Positions 10,401 to 18,405 of a stretch of DNA of 64,000 nucleotides are shown here, piece by piece. The position numbers and the translations under genes are program-made. Origin of the DNA: Candidatus Eiseniibacteriota bacterium. GTDB lineage: Bacteria > Eisenbacteria > RBG-16-71-46 > CAIMUX01. Where the stretch lies: NCBI GenBank assembly GCA_903844735.1, contig CAIMUX010000047.1, forward strand, positions 107,862 to 171,861. The letters are read 5' to 3'. Numbering within the stretch: position 1 is the first letter of the stretch; every line of letters begins with the position of its first letter. Below the pieces are notes generated by a model. The model was given only the letters and a program-made list of their open reading frames with translations. It ran no database searches and was not told where the DNA came from.

Positions 10401-11643
10401 ATTGAACGGTTGGGTCATGGTGGGCACTGAGACCGTTCCCGGGAGGCTCGCCCCGGCTATCCGGGCGCGCGGACGCCTGGAGGTCGAGGACGGCGCGTTT
10501 CGCATCGCAAATCGAGAGGAGCGGCTGCGCCGCGTCCACGTCATAGCCCGGCTCGACTCCGCCGGGGCGCACATCGAAGAGGCGACCGGGAGTTTGGGCG
10601 GCCAGGGCAAGGTCACGGGCACCGGCCTGTTTCGCGCTCTGGATGACTTCGACCTCACCGCGACGATCCGCGACGGCCTTGTCTACGACACCGGCAACTA
10701 CCGCTTCGTCGCCGAGGGCGAATTCCGGGCACGCCCGGTGGCCGAGGCGGATACGGTGCGACCGCTGTTGTCCGGCAACGTGCGCGTCCTGGAGGGGCTC
10801 ATCACGCAGGACCTGGCCAAGCCGCCTCCCGCCGGGGCTGTGCCGGCGAGGACGCCGTGGCTGATCGATCTCGAGGTCATCGCCCCCGGGAACTTCCGGG
10901 TCAACCAGCCGCAGGCGACCGTCGACCTGGGCGAGGGGGAGCTGCACATCTCGTTTCGCTGGCCGTACTGGAACCTCGGCGGGTCGATCCAGGTGCTCAG
11001 CGGCCGCTACCGGATCTTCAACCGAAGTCTGAACATCACCTCCGGCACGGTGGAGTTCCAAGACACCGGGCAGGGGCCCAACCCGTTCCTCGACATCCAG
11101 GCGGAGACCGAGATGGCCGGGCAGGGCGACGAGCCGCCGATTCCGGTGGTGGTCGCGGTGAAGGGATACCCGGCCAAGCAGGAATTGACCGTGACCCTGA
11201 GCAGTCCGGATCACCCCGAGTACAGCGAGGCGCAGCTCATCGAGCTGTTGAGCGTGGGCCAGTTTGCGTCCGGGAGTTTCGGCAGCCCCGGGAGCTTCGG
11301 CAGCTTCACCCGCGACGACCCGACGCGACAGGCGCTGAGCTCGGCGCTGATGTCACAGGTGGAGCGGCAACTGGTGGGGCAGCTTCCCTGGATCGATCGA
11401 GTGCAACTGGACGGGCAGCTTGGAGGGACTTCGCCGATGCGGATCAACATCCGCCCGATCGTGCAACCGCAGTGGAGCGTCAACTACTCGCAGGACTTGG
11501 CCACTTCCCCCGACCGCGAGGTCGCTGTCCGCTACCGGCTGAGCAATCTCTTCTTCCTGAACGCCGCGGCCGACCGGCGGAGTAACGAGCAGGGTCTGAC
11601 GAATACCTACTCGCTCGACCTCAAACTCCGCCTCGAGTACTAG
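7453..11643 (+). CDS. tamB: TamB-like translocation and assembly module protein (DUF490-type C-terminus)
   Basis: 1396 aa. N-terminal membrane anchor WILGVMGGGILFLALLAVSPFWV and a long beta-rich body. The C-terminal region LSGRYRIFNRSLNITSGTVEFQD..PVVVAVKGYPAKQELTVTLSSPDHPEYSEAQLIELLSVGQ resembles the TamB/DUF490 end. Coupled to an Omp85 gene. Confidence 0.75.
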   Translation: MRRRWPWILGVMGGGILFLALLAVSPFWVARWPAGLNRALDASGLARALGGTGGTQRVRVDRVAHFGPWGMEIEGFRVESLTSAGWESWARAGTITLAWRPQSFLGRRVFLSRVAVDSVRIDLRKRPESADTASVSPTVGTKRNSPRPVEERLMPIRIPNLQVSKIVVIDRRGRPREASLDLAGISHDRGRIRATLRRAYLKAVPESLWITLADGLVDAQLPGTVGITALAIEGPGLRARLDASWAASTAPPSATEGPAPGPGHITAQLEVRELRPTQIPPARALPLPWHPTDALSGRIDADGTVGGGIPPRVECDVELAGSVFGTNLDTLLAAGMATPDTADLREIRLRLGTIGVRGSTRWVRTGTSRADLRFRGVDLGSPPISLFAGGMPVSDFAGTVRAEADSLGPRLRLFVELALEPGDLLNRPISGLTIRARLDPRVFAVEELRTREEPPALSLAGTLRREERTLSVAGMLRGFVLEDWVAPWIRVPLEGTVDGPFRAEGPLSAPVVEAELSADSVRAAEVYLRAARVESITGTLVPWRLRAEFRAAGLDVYKVPFDSAAGSVLLADTITSRFTAWRDTTRARLAVRVIPQDRGSVLFDSVTIHAGRLPPVELEGKSRLDWTPDLVSIDSLRFRLDAGRAGGSGWLKPRPGYPGTEPFAFAAEAADIDLGLLATYFGRSPDDWSGLATGRFEGEGTLRSPVYRFHAEATGVETIDWTWDRLAVTGRAGEGVGLCIDSLRATSNGFRGPLPGPEPVGPQPPGPAVLLRADSLLVRFAVPWADAMNALADSSRRQSILATARLGGVAAMQRVPAAPFLIPVLGAHAWEERGTGLAGLTDPMLDLIRVVRPAAEQNGTARANALGGNLDLSARIGGTGRSPEVSVDLLARDLRVLQAWADSVRVRGSYADSLITLDSLEWHMGTSLLRIQAKLPRDIDLSIPAVRSLDRPGQARADLKDADLSLLSLVPAVGRVLQDPSGTLNGWVMVGTETVPGRLAPAIRARGRLEVEDGAFRIANREERLRRVHVIARLDSAGAHIEEATGSLGGQGKVTGTGLFRALDDFDLTATIRDGLVYDTGNYRFVAEGEFRARPVAEADTVRPLLSGNVRVLEGLITQDLAKPPPAGAVPARTPWLIDLEVIAPGNFRVNQPQATVDLGEGELHISFRWPYWNLGGSIQVLSGRYRIFNRSLNITSGTVEFQDTGQGPNPFLDIQAETEMAGQGDEPPIPVVVAVKGYPAKQELTVTLSSPDHPEYSEAQLIELLSVGQFASGSFGSPGSFGSFTRDDPTRQALSSALMSQVERQLVGQLPWIDRVQLDGQLGGTSPMRINIRPIVQPQWSVNYSQDLATSPDREVAVRYRLSNLFFLNAAADRRSNEQGLTNTYSLDLKLRLEY

Positions 11644-12301
11644 GCGGATCGAGCGCGGCGAAGCAGGGCGCGGTCAGTCGTGCGTCGCCGGCCGTGCGCC
11701 GCGCGGCACCGATCCGGCGGCTCGCGATGCCGATTCTGCGGCTGACGACGGCGACGGTCATGTTCAACAGACGATCACGAAATCATTCGGCACGACTTTG
11801 CCGTGGCCACGGCGGATCTGGCACGCGAATCGCTTAGTTCCGGGCGTAGGCGCTTCACCGACGTCCCGGGGAGCCGGGCGAGCAACAGGAGCGGAGGATC
11901 CCGGGAACGCACAGCGGAGGACGTGTCTCTTGCCCATAGCTACGTAGGTAGCCCGTTGTCTTAGTTTCGGCGCGCTGCCGGTCTGAATTCTGACTACCTG
12001 GATCCTGTCTACCTTTGTCGTAACGATCAGAGATGATACCATCGCCACGGAGATACTCGGTTCTGTTGCCCGAAGCGTGCAGATTCTGCATTCCACTTGG
12101 CAGCGGTGGGGAATTCTGGAAAGAAGCCCGAGATCGCGGCTTTCACTGAATGGAGTTCGGACCCGGGACGAGGTAGCCCGACGGCCTGATGCGGAAGGGA
12201 GACCGCAGCAGGGGCCCTCGACGGTGTGCCCATGTAACGCGCCATTTATCAACGGATTCCTGGAGCAGTGGTGTCAGGATCACCCAAGGATTGGGAGGTG
12301 A

Positions 12302-12550
12302 ATGATGGCCCCTTCATCCGTGTCTGCGTGCGCAAATCCTATCGCCCCGGCCATCGCGTACCCCACCTGCGAGGGGAGTCCCGCCTCACGACCGGTGGCA
12401 GGCTGTCGGCCTGATTCGGTGGCCCATGGCGAAATCCCCGGCGCCTATGTTTCCCATGCGGACTTTTGGTCGGGCGTCAGCGTTACGCTGCTTGCGTCCG
12501 GAATCCTGTGGGTGGCGATCGGTCTTGTGGTTTGGGCTGTGAAGCCTTGA
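12302..12550 (+). CDS. Small hypothetical membrane protein (82 aa, C-terminal TM helix)
   Basis: A good Shine-Dalgarno (GGGAGGTGA) lies immediately upstream of the ATGATG start. C-terminal hydrophobic helix FWSGVSVTLLASGILWVAIGLVVWAV. No recognisable family. Confidence 0.35.
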   Translation: MMAPSSVSACANPIAPAIAYPTCEGSPASRPVAGCRPDSVAHGEIPGAYVSHADFWSGVSVTLLASGILWVAIGLVVWAVKP

Positions 12551-12818
12551 GTCGCGTCGTCGTCGGCATCTGCCGCTGCGTCACGGCTGGTGGGCGTCGC
12601 GTGTCAACTTCTCTTGGGCGTTTCTCTTGAGTTCCACCAGAAGCACCTTTCCGACCCTCTCGGCGAGGTGTTCGAGGTCCTCCGGCTCAGAGTGAAGGAA
12701 CTCCAGTACCTGATTCAGGTCCATATCCCCGTCGACGTGAACGAGGCCGCACGGTGATGTCGCTTCCTCGTCTCCCGGACTGCGTGCAGCGGGAGGCCGG
12801 ACAGGGTACGATTCGGCC

Positions 12819-15323
12819 ATGTCCATACCATCTGCCGCCGGCGGCTCGGGTGAGGGATGCGTCCCCGACGACCCGGTTGTCGCGGCGCTGAATCCCGAAC
12901 AAGGCAAAGCGGTCCTTCATGGCGAAGGACCGCTGCTCGTGTTGGCCGGCGCCGGGAGCGGGAAGACCCGCGTCCTCACGCACCGTCTGGCATACCTCGT
13001 GCGTCGCCGAGGCGTTCCGCCGGACCGGATCTTTGCCGTCACCTTCACCAACAAGGCGGCGGCGGAGATGAAACAGCGCGCGGAGCGGCTCCTCGGAGGG
13101 AGCGCGGCCGGGCTGTGGATCGGTACCTTTCACTCGATCTGCCTGCGACTGCTGCGACGGCACGCAGAGCGGGTCGGCTTCCCGCGCGGCATCGGCGTCT
13201 CCGATCAGGACGACTCGGTGGCGCTTCTGGCCGAGGTGCTGAAGCGGCGCGGTGCCGGCGACGACAAGCGGAGCGCGCGCGCCATGCACGCGGTGATCTC
13301 CGCGGCGAAGAATCGCGCCTGGACGCCGGACGACCTGCGTAAGCAGTCGCGGAACCCGGAGCGGGAGCGGCAAGCCGCAGCGTGGGAGGAGTACCAGTCG
13401 GCGCTGCGCGAGCAGGGAAAGGCCGATTTCGACGACCTGCTCCTCCTCGCGGCGCGGCTTCTGGAACAACCGGAGATCGGACCGCGCTACGCCGACCACT
13501 TCCTGCATCTCCTGGTCGACGAGTTCCAGGACACCAACCGGATCCAGCTCCAGCTTGTGCGGACGCTGGCGGTCGGGCCGGGCGGGCACGGCAACATCAT
13601 GGCTGTGGGCGACGATGACCAGTCGATCTACCGCTGGCGCGGGGCCGAGGTCGCCAACATCCTGCGTTTCGAGGATCACTTTCCGGGAACCCGCATCGTC
13701 ACCCTGGCGCAGAACTACCGTTCGACCGGAGCCATCCTCGAACTGGCGAATGCGGTGATCCGCCACAACCGCGGACGCCATCCCAAGGAGCTATGGACCA
13801 GCAATGACGAGGGCGAGCGGCCGGCCTTTCACCTCGGGGCCGACGAGGAGGACGAGGCGCGCTGGGTGGCCGCACGCATCGCGGCCCAACGACGGGCGGA
13901 GGTGGAGACCGCCTGGTCCGACTTCGCCATTCTCTACCGCGTGCACGCCGCTTCGCGTCCGTTGGAGGAGGCGCTGTTCGAGCGCGCCATCCCCTACGTG
14001 GTAGTCGGCGGCACCGCCTTCTACCAGAGGATGGAAGTGAAGGACCTTCTCGCCTACCTGCGGTTGGCGCTGAATCCGCGCGACTCGGTGAGCTTCCGCC
14101 GCGCGCTCCGGGCTCCGAGCCGCGGGATCGGTGACACCGGAATGGAGCGAATCACCGCGCACATGGCGACGACCGGGGGGGACTTCGTCGCGATCTGTTG
14201 TGTCCACGCCGAGGAGCTCGGGATCCGCGGGGAGGCGCGCAAGCGGCTGCGCGAGTTCGGGGATCTCCTGGCCGAGATTGCCCGGCGGGCGGACGAGGAG
14301 CCCGAGCCGCTGCTCCGTCTCGTGTTGGAGCGGACGAAGTATTTCGAGTGGCTGCGAGGCGAGGACAAAGCGGGCGCCGATCCGACGGGTGAGCGTGCCG
14401 AGGAGTTCGAGGAGCGTCGGGCCAATGTCATGGAGTTGCTGAGCGGCGCGGCGCGATTCAGTGCCGTGACAACCGAGAAAGGCCTCGCTGCCTACTTGGA
14501 CCAAGTGGCGCTCTACATGAATCTCGACACGAGCGCGCTCGGTGACGATCGGGTGCGTCTTATGACGGTCCACAACGCCAAGGGGCTCGAGTTCCCGCAT
14601 GTCCTGTTGGCTGGGCTGGAGGAGGGGCTCTTTCCGCACGCCTCGTCGATGGAAGACGATGAGGCGCTGGAGGAGGAACGACGGCTCTTCTATGTCGGGG
14701 TAACGCGGGCCATGCGCACCCTCTCATTGTCGGCGTCGGACCTGCGGCGGCGGATGAACACCGCTTCGGTGGGCGGGCCGTCGCGCTTTCTCGCGGAAGC
14801 GGCTTCGGTGTTGCCTGAGGCTGGTCTGGGGCGCAGCTTCGCCACTTCCTCGACGTGGGGAATGGGGCGGGGTGACGGCGGATGGCGCGGCGGGAGGTCC
14901 GGGGGAAGCGCGGGTCGTCCGGGCGGTGCGGGAGGATGGTCGGGAGGAAGAGGGCGCACGGGCCGGTCTTCAGGGCAAGGCACGGCGCGCGATGCCGAGG
15001 ACGGGGATGCTGCCTGGCTGGAGGATCTGAACGGCAGCGAGCCCTCGGCGTCCGATGCCGACCATGGCGCGTACCGGCGACCGGGTGCGGGCGAGACTGG
15101 ACGGACGGTTTCGGGCGAGACTCGACGACCGGGCGCGGCTGAGCCCAGCAGGACCCGGCCCCCGAAGAAACGCCTGATCGGCCGCATCGTTACGCACCGG
15201 ATCTTTGGCGAGGGGACGGTGGAGTTGCAGGACGGCGATGGCGACGAGGCGCGGCTGACGGTCTTTTTCCCGGGGCAAGGGCGGAAGAAGATCCTGGCCC
15301 GGTTCCTCGAGTTGCCCGACTGA
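12819..15323 (+). CDS. UvrD/PcrA/Rep-family ATP-dependent DNA helicase with a low-complexity RGG-rich linker and a C-terminal Tudor-like domain
   Basis: AGAGSGKTRVLTHRLAYL (motif I), LLVDEFQDTN (II), LAQNYRST (III), VHNAKGLEFPHVLLAG, RRLFYVGVTRA (VI). C-terminal IGRIVTHRIFGEGTVELQD..LTVFFPGQGRKKILARFLEL resembles the UvrD/PcrA C-terminal domain. Confidence 0.9.
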   Translation: MSIPSAAGGSGEGCVPDDPVVAALNPEQGKAVLHGEGPLLVLAGAGSGKTRVLTHRLAYLVRRRGVPPDRIFAVTFTNKAAAEMKQRAERLLGGSAAGLWIGTFHSICLRLLRRHAERVGFPRGIGVSDQDDSVALLAEVLKRRGAGDDKRSARAMHAVISAAKNRAWTPDDLRKQSRNPERERQAAAWEEYQSALREQGKADFDDLLLLAARLLEQPEIGPRYADHFLHLLVDEFQDTNRIQLQLVRTLAVGPGGHGNIMAVGDDDQSIYRWRGAEVANILRFEDHFPGTRIVTLAQNYRSTGAILELANAVIRHNRGRHPKELWTSNDEGERPAFHLGADEEDEARWVAARIAAQRRAEVETAWSDFAILYRVHAASRPLEEALFERAIPYVVVGGTAFYQRMEVKDLLAYLRLALNPRDSVSFRRALRAPSRGIGDTGMERITAHMATTGGDFVAICCVHAEELGIRGEARKRLREFGDLLAEIARRADEEPEPLLRLVLERTKYFEWLRGEDKAGADPTGERAEEFEERRANVMELLSGAARFSAVTTEKGLAAYLDQVALYMNLDTSALGDDRVRLMTVHNAKGLEFPHVLLAGLEEGLFPHASSMEDDEALEEERRLFYVGVTRAMRTLSLSASDLRRRMNTASVGGPSRFLAEAASVLPEAGLGRSFATSSTWGMGRGDGGWRGGRSGGSAGRPGGAGGWSGGRGRTGRSSGQGTARDAEDGDAAWLEDLNGSEPSASDADHGAYRRPGAGETGRTVSGETRRPGAAEPSRTRPPKKRLIGRIVTHRIFGEGTVELQDGDGDEARLTVFFPGQGRKKILARFLELPD

Positions 15324-15371
15324 GCGCCATCGGCCGGCGGCTGCGAAGGCCGCTGCCGGCGTGGAGGCACA

Positions 15372-16871
15372 GTGTCGATCTGGCTGAGATACGGAACGCG
15401 CGGCCATCGTTGGGATGGGATCCAGATGTTCGGCCGCCCTCCGGTGTTGGCCCCGCCGGCGTGGGCGTTGGCCGAGCGGGTCTGGGAAGGGACGGGCCTT
15501 TGCCCCGGCGCGGGGGCGAAGCACGGCGACGTTGTTGATGCGGTCGATGCCGAGCCGAGGGGAGCCTCGGCGGATCCCACACAGAATCAGGTTCAGGATC
15601 AGCTTCAGATCCAGCTCGCCGCCGAAGTGGACCGACTCGTCGCGTCGGTTCCCGTCGGCGTGCAGCGGATTGTGCTCGTCGTGCCCGACGGGACGCGTGT
15701 GGGTCCTTGGCGTGATCTGCTGCCGCGTGTGCTCACGGCCCTCGCCGCCGCGGTCCCCCACGGCCAGCGAACGCTGCTCGTGGCCGGCGGTATCCATACC
15801 GTCCTTTCTGCGGAGGCGATCGGTCGGCACCTCTTACCTGTCGATCCCAAGCCTTCGAAAACACTCGAAGCCTGGACTGTAATCCAGAACGGGGACAACC
15901 AGTTTCAGGATCACGTATCCGTGGGGCAGACTCCGGAGGGGACGCCGGTCCGGCTGCACCCGGCCTACGTGGAAGCCGACTGGCGGATCCTTCTCGTCGA
16001 GATCTCCTGGCACTATTTCGCTGGGTTCGGCGGCGGGAGAAAGCTCGTCTTTCCGGGCCTGGGCGATCCGGTCGGGATCGCTCAGAACCATCGGCGGGCC
16101 ATCATCCTGCCCGGCTACGCGGACGCGGGTCTCGACGCGTGCCCCGAGGCCGTGGAGATCGGGCGTGTCCGTTGGCAGGAGCGCTGCGCTCCGGGCCGAC
16201 TCGCCGGCAATCCGGTCCATGAGGATCTGGAGGCGGCCGTCACGCTAGCACCGCCGCACTGGGTTCTCACAGCCGTTGACGACCCGCCGCCGGATCCCGA
16301 CCCGGCGCGGCCGGGGTGTTTCGGTTATCGCGTGCATCAGGGGCCGTACCCGGCGGCATTTGCCGAGGCGGCAGAGGCGTTTGAGCTTGCGCATCGCGTG
16401 GGTTTCACGGCGGCGCCGCGTGTCCTGCTGACTGATGCCGGGGGGCAACCGCGCGATGCCACGTTTCTGCAGGCGCACAAGTCGCTGCAGCATGGTGCGC
16501 GCTTCGTTCCACGAGGAGGTCGCATGCTGCTGGTTGCAGAGTGCGCAGACGGACTCGGTTCGGCGACACTCGCGCGTTTCGTGGCCGATCCTGAGCGGTT
16601 CCGCCCGCTTGTCGGGAAGCGGGAGGACCCGCTCTCGGTGATCCACCTGCAGACCCTAACGGCGCTGCTGACAGTGGTGCAGGCGGTTTCGGTGGGGTTC
16701 TGGTCGGCCTTGCCCGCCGACGTGGTGCGGGCCCTTCGCATGACGCCGCTGGCGAGCGAGGAGGCGGCACGGGCCTGGGCCGTGGCGGGCGGGGCGATCT
16801 CGTGGGGCTGGCTGCCGCGGGCGGAGCGGTTTCTGCCGCCGACTGGGTTCAAGGGGGGCGCGCTGCGGTGA
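15372..16871 (+). CDS. LarA-like (DUF2088) nickel-pincer-cofactor-dependent racemase/epimerase family protein
   Basis: IVLVVPDGTR, AGGIHTV, and SWHYFAGFGGGRKLVFPGLGDPVGIAQNH. The His-(10)-Lys-(16)-His spacing is that of the LarA catalytic His, the cofactor-tethering Lys and the Ni-binding His. The start is uncertain (GTG at 15372 or ATG at 15426). Confidence 0.65.
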   Translation: MSIWLRYGTRGHRWDGIQMFGRPPVLAPPAWALAERVWEGTGLCPGAGAKHGDVVDAVDAEPRGASADPTQNQVQDQLQIQLAAEVDRLVASVPVGVQRIVLVVPDGTRVGPWRDLLPRVLTALAAAVPHGQRTLLVAGGIHTVLSAEAIGRHLLPVDPKPSKTLEAWTVIQNGDNQFQDHVSVGQTPEGTPVRLHPAYVEADWRILLVEISWHYFAGFGGGRKLVFPGLGDPVGIAQNHRRAIILPGYADAGLDACPEAVEIGRVRWQERCAPGRLAGNPVHEDLEAAVTLAPPHWVLTAVDDPPPDPDPARPGCFGYRVHQGPYPAAFAEAAEAFELAHRVGFTAAPRVLLTDAGGQPRDATFLQAHKSLQHGARFVPRGGRMLLVAECADGLGSATLARFVADPERFRPLVGKREDPLSVIHLQTLTALLTVVQAVSVGFWSALPADVVRALRMTPLASEEAARAWAVAGGAISWGWLPRAERFLPPTGFKGGALR

Positions 16872-16918
16872 TGTGCGGCCGGCATGGCGGTGCGGTTCAT
16901 CGGGCGGGATGACGGCGA

Positions 16919-17629
16919 GTGCGAGTGCCCGTCATCGATCCACGTGGAGACGACACCTGTTCGCTCTGCGGCGCGCGCGACCTGCGCGACCGGGGGCGCG
17001 TGTTCGCTCGGCGCTTCCGCGAGTGTCTCCGTTGCCGGCTTCTGTCCATGCATCCCGGGGATCACCCGTCGACCGAAGAGGAGGAGCTGCGCTACCGCCT
17101 TCACCGCAATGACCCCGAAGACCCAGGGTACCGAGCTTTTCTCCGGCTGCTGCTCGATCCCACCATGGAGCATCTCCGGCCCGGAGCCCGCGGGCTTGAC
17201 TACGGCTGCGGCCCCACGCCGGTTCTGGCCTCTATGGCCCGTGCCGGTGGTCTTGCGTGCGACGTCTTCGACCCGATCTTCCACCCGAGCGCGCTGAGTC
17301 CGCCGTACGACTTCGTGCTCGCGAGTGAGGTGTTCGAACACTTTCGCGACCCCGCGCGGGAGATCCCGCGGGTCGTGTCGTTGCTCGATGCCGGGGGGGT
17401 GGGGTGCCAAGGTGGGCTGCTTGCGGTGATGACCCTGCACTGGCCCGACGGGGAGGACTTGGCGCGGTGGCACTACCTCTCCGACCCGACGCACGTCTCG
17501 GTCTATCGCGCGGAGACCTTCGGCTGGATGGCGGTGCGTTACGACCTCCGCGTGGAGTGGTCCGACGGCGAGCGGATGGTGCTGCTGCGGAGGAAGGGGG
17601 ATCCCTCGCCGAGACCTCGTATGCACTGA
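16919..17629 (+). CDS. Class I SAM-dependent methyltransferase with an N-terminal Cys4 zinc-ribbon
   Basis: CSLCG..(16)..CLRC at the N-terminus. GLDYGCGPTP (SAM motif I) and YDFVLASEVFEHFRDP (motif II/III region). Confidence 0.7.
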   Translation: MRVPVIDPRGDDTCSLCGARDLRDRGRVFARRFRECLRCRLLSMHPGDHPSTEEEELRYRLHRNDPEDPGYRAFLRLLLDPTMEHLRPGARGLDYGCGPTPVLASMARAGGLACDVFDPIFHPSALSPPYDFVLASEVFEHFRDPAREIPRVVSLLDAGGVGCQGGLLAVMTLHWPDGEDLARWHYLSDPTHVSVYRAETFGWMAVRYDLRVEWSDGERMVLLRRKGDPSPRPRMH

Positions 17630-17724
17630 TCCGTTCTTGGGAACGACGGCCCGGCCGTGCTCGTCGGGCTCGACACCCTGCGTGGACGCGGCCGTCCGAT
17701 GTTTTCAGTCTCGCAGTCGGGAGT

Positions 17725-18405
17725 TCAGTGCCTAGGCAGGCCCCCGCGCACCCCACGCCACACCGCCAAGAACTCCGCAAGGACGATCGCGGTGGCACCC
17801 CAGACCTCCTCGGTCCCGTCGGGGCCGGGTACGAGGAACGCCGGCACCCCGAGGACGCGTCCGTCATGCAACCGCCTCGGCACGCGTCGTGGAGGATCCG
17901 CGGCCAACCGATCGGGATCGGCATGAAGCACGCTCACCACCTCCGCCCGCTCGATGGTCCAGTCGCTCTCACAGCGCGCCGACAGTGCCGGATCAGTCAC
18001 CCAGCCCACAAACGGGCTGATCTGATACCGGCTCACCGGTACCGGCACCGGGCTGAGGCTGCCGAGGATCTGCACCGCGTCCCGAGAGAGACCGATCTCC
18101 TCCTGCGCTTCGCGCAGCGCACAATCCGGCGGTGTCTCGCCGGCATGGCACCCGCCGCCGGGGAGCGACACCTGCCCCGCGTGTGTGCGAGCGCCGGGCG
18201 GCCGGCGGATCAGCGGAAAGAAGACGGTGCCATCGGATCGTTCGATCAGCGCGAGAAGGACCGCCGCCGGCTCAAAGGCATCTGCCTTTGCGGCTGCTTC
18301 CTCGAGTCGCGACGGAAGGTCGTCGGGCCAGGCGACCCGTTGCGCCGCGCGGCCGGGGAGCGGGGTGCGCAGGGCGTCCCCTAGGGCGTCACGCAGGCGA
18401 CTCAC
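17725..18405 (-). CDS. NUDIX hydrolase, CoA-pyrophosphatase-like
   Basis: Nudix box [24 protein letters not shown], preceded by [38 protein letters not shown], which resembles the CoAse-family upstream motif. Its 5' end overlaps the 3' end of the upstream (DHS-like) gene by 17 nt. Confidence 0.8.
   Translation of the reverse strand: MSRLRDALGDALRTPLPGRAAQRVAWPDDLPSRLEEAAAKADAFEPAAVLLALIERSDGTVFFPLIRRPPGARTHAGQVSLPGGGCHAGETPPDCALREAQEEIGLSRDAVQILGSLSPVPVPVSRYQISPFVGWVTDPALSARCESDWTIERAEVVSVLHADPDRLAADPPRRVPRRLHDGRVLGVPAFLVPGPDGTEEVWGATAIVLAEFLAVWRGVRGGLPRH

Noticed and set aside
11981-12002. A 14-nt string AGTCAGAATTCAGA next to AGGTAG, shared between the 11.98-kb gap (minus strand) and the 44.84-kb intergenic region; possible dispersed repeat or MITE
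   Set aside because: A single shared 14-mer in a window of about 128 kb (both strands) is within chance expectation. The flanks do not align, and no terminal inverted repeats or target duplications are visible. At 44840-44864 there is also a local direct repeat GAAGTCAGAAT twice, which is too short to interpret.
11764-12252. 162-codon minus-strand ORF in the tamB-uvrD gap
   Set aside because: The translation is Cys/Arg/Ser-rich and not protein-like, there is no SD, and the region has lower GC with stops in the other frames. I treat it as non-coding (see the finding) rather than a gene.
11700-12300. Hypothesis that the gap encodes RNase P RNA, tmRNA or SRP RNA
   Set aside because: The universal P4 strand GAGGAAAGUCC is absent. 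Only a weak ACAGAACC-like string is present on the minus strand. There is no tRNA-like 3' end (GGUUCGA..CCACCA), no ANDENYALAA-type tag frame, and no GGAA-tetraloop/AGCAGC SRP helix-8 motif.
12581-12826. Small minus-strand ORF (47-82 codons, ..MDLNQVLEFLHSEPEDLEHLAERVGKVLLVELKRNAQEKL..) between the small membrane ORF and uvrD
   Set aside because: The C-terminal ~45 residues look helical and protein-like. However, the start is ambiguous, there is no clear SD, the longer version overlaps the uvrD start, and no family is recognised. This is too weak to call as a feature; it is worth checking only if the region proves transcribed.
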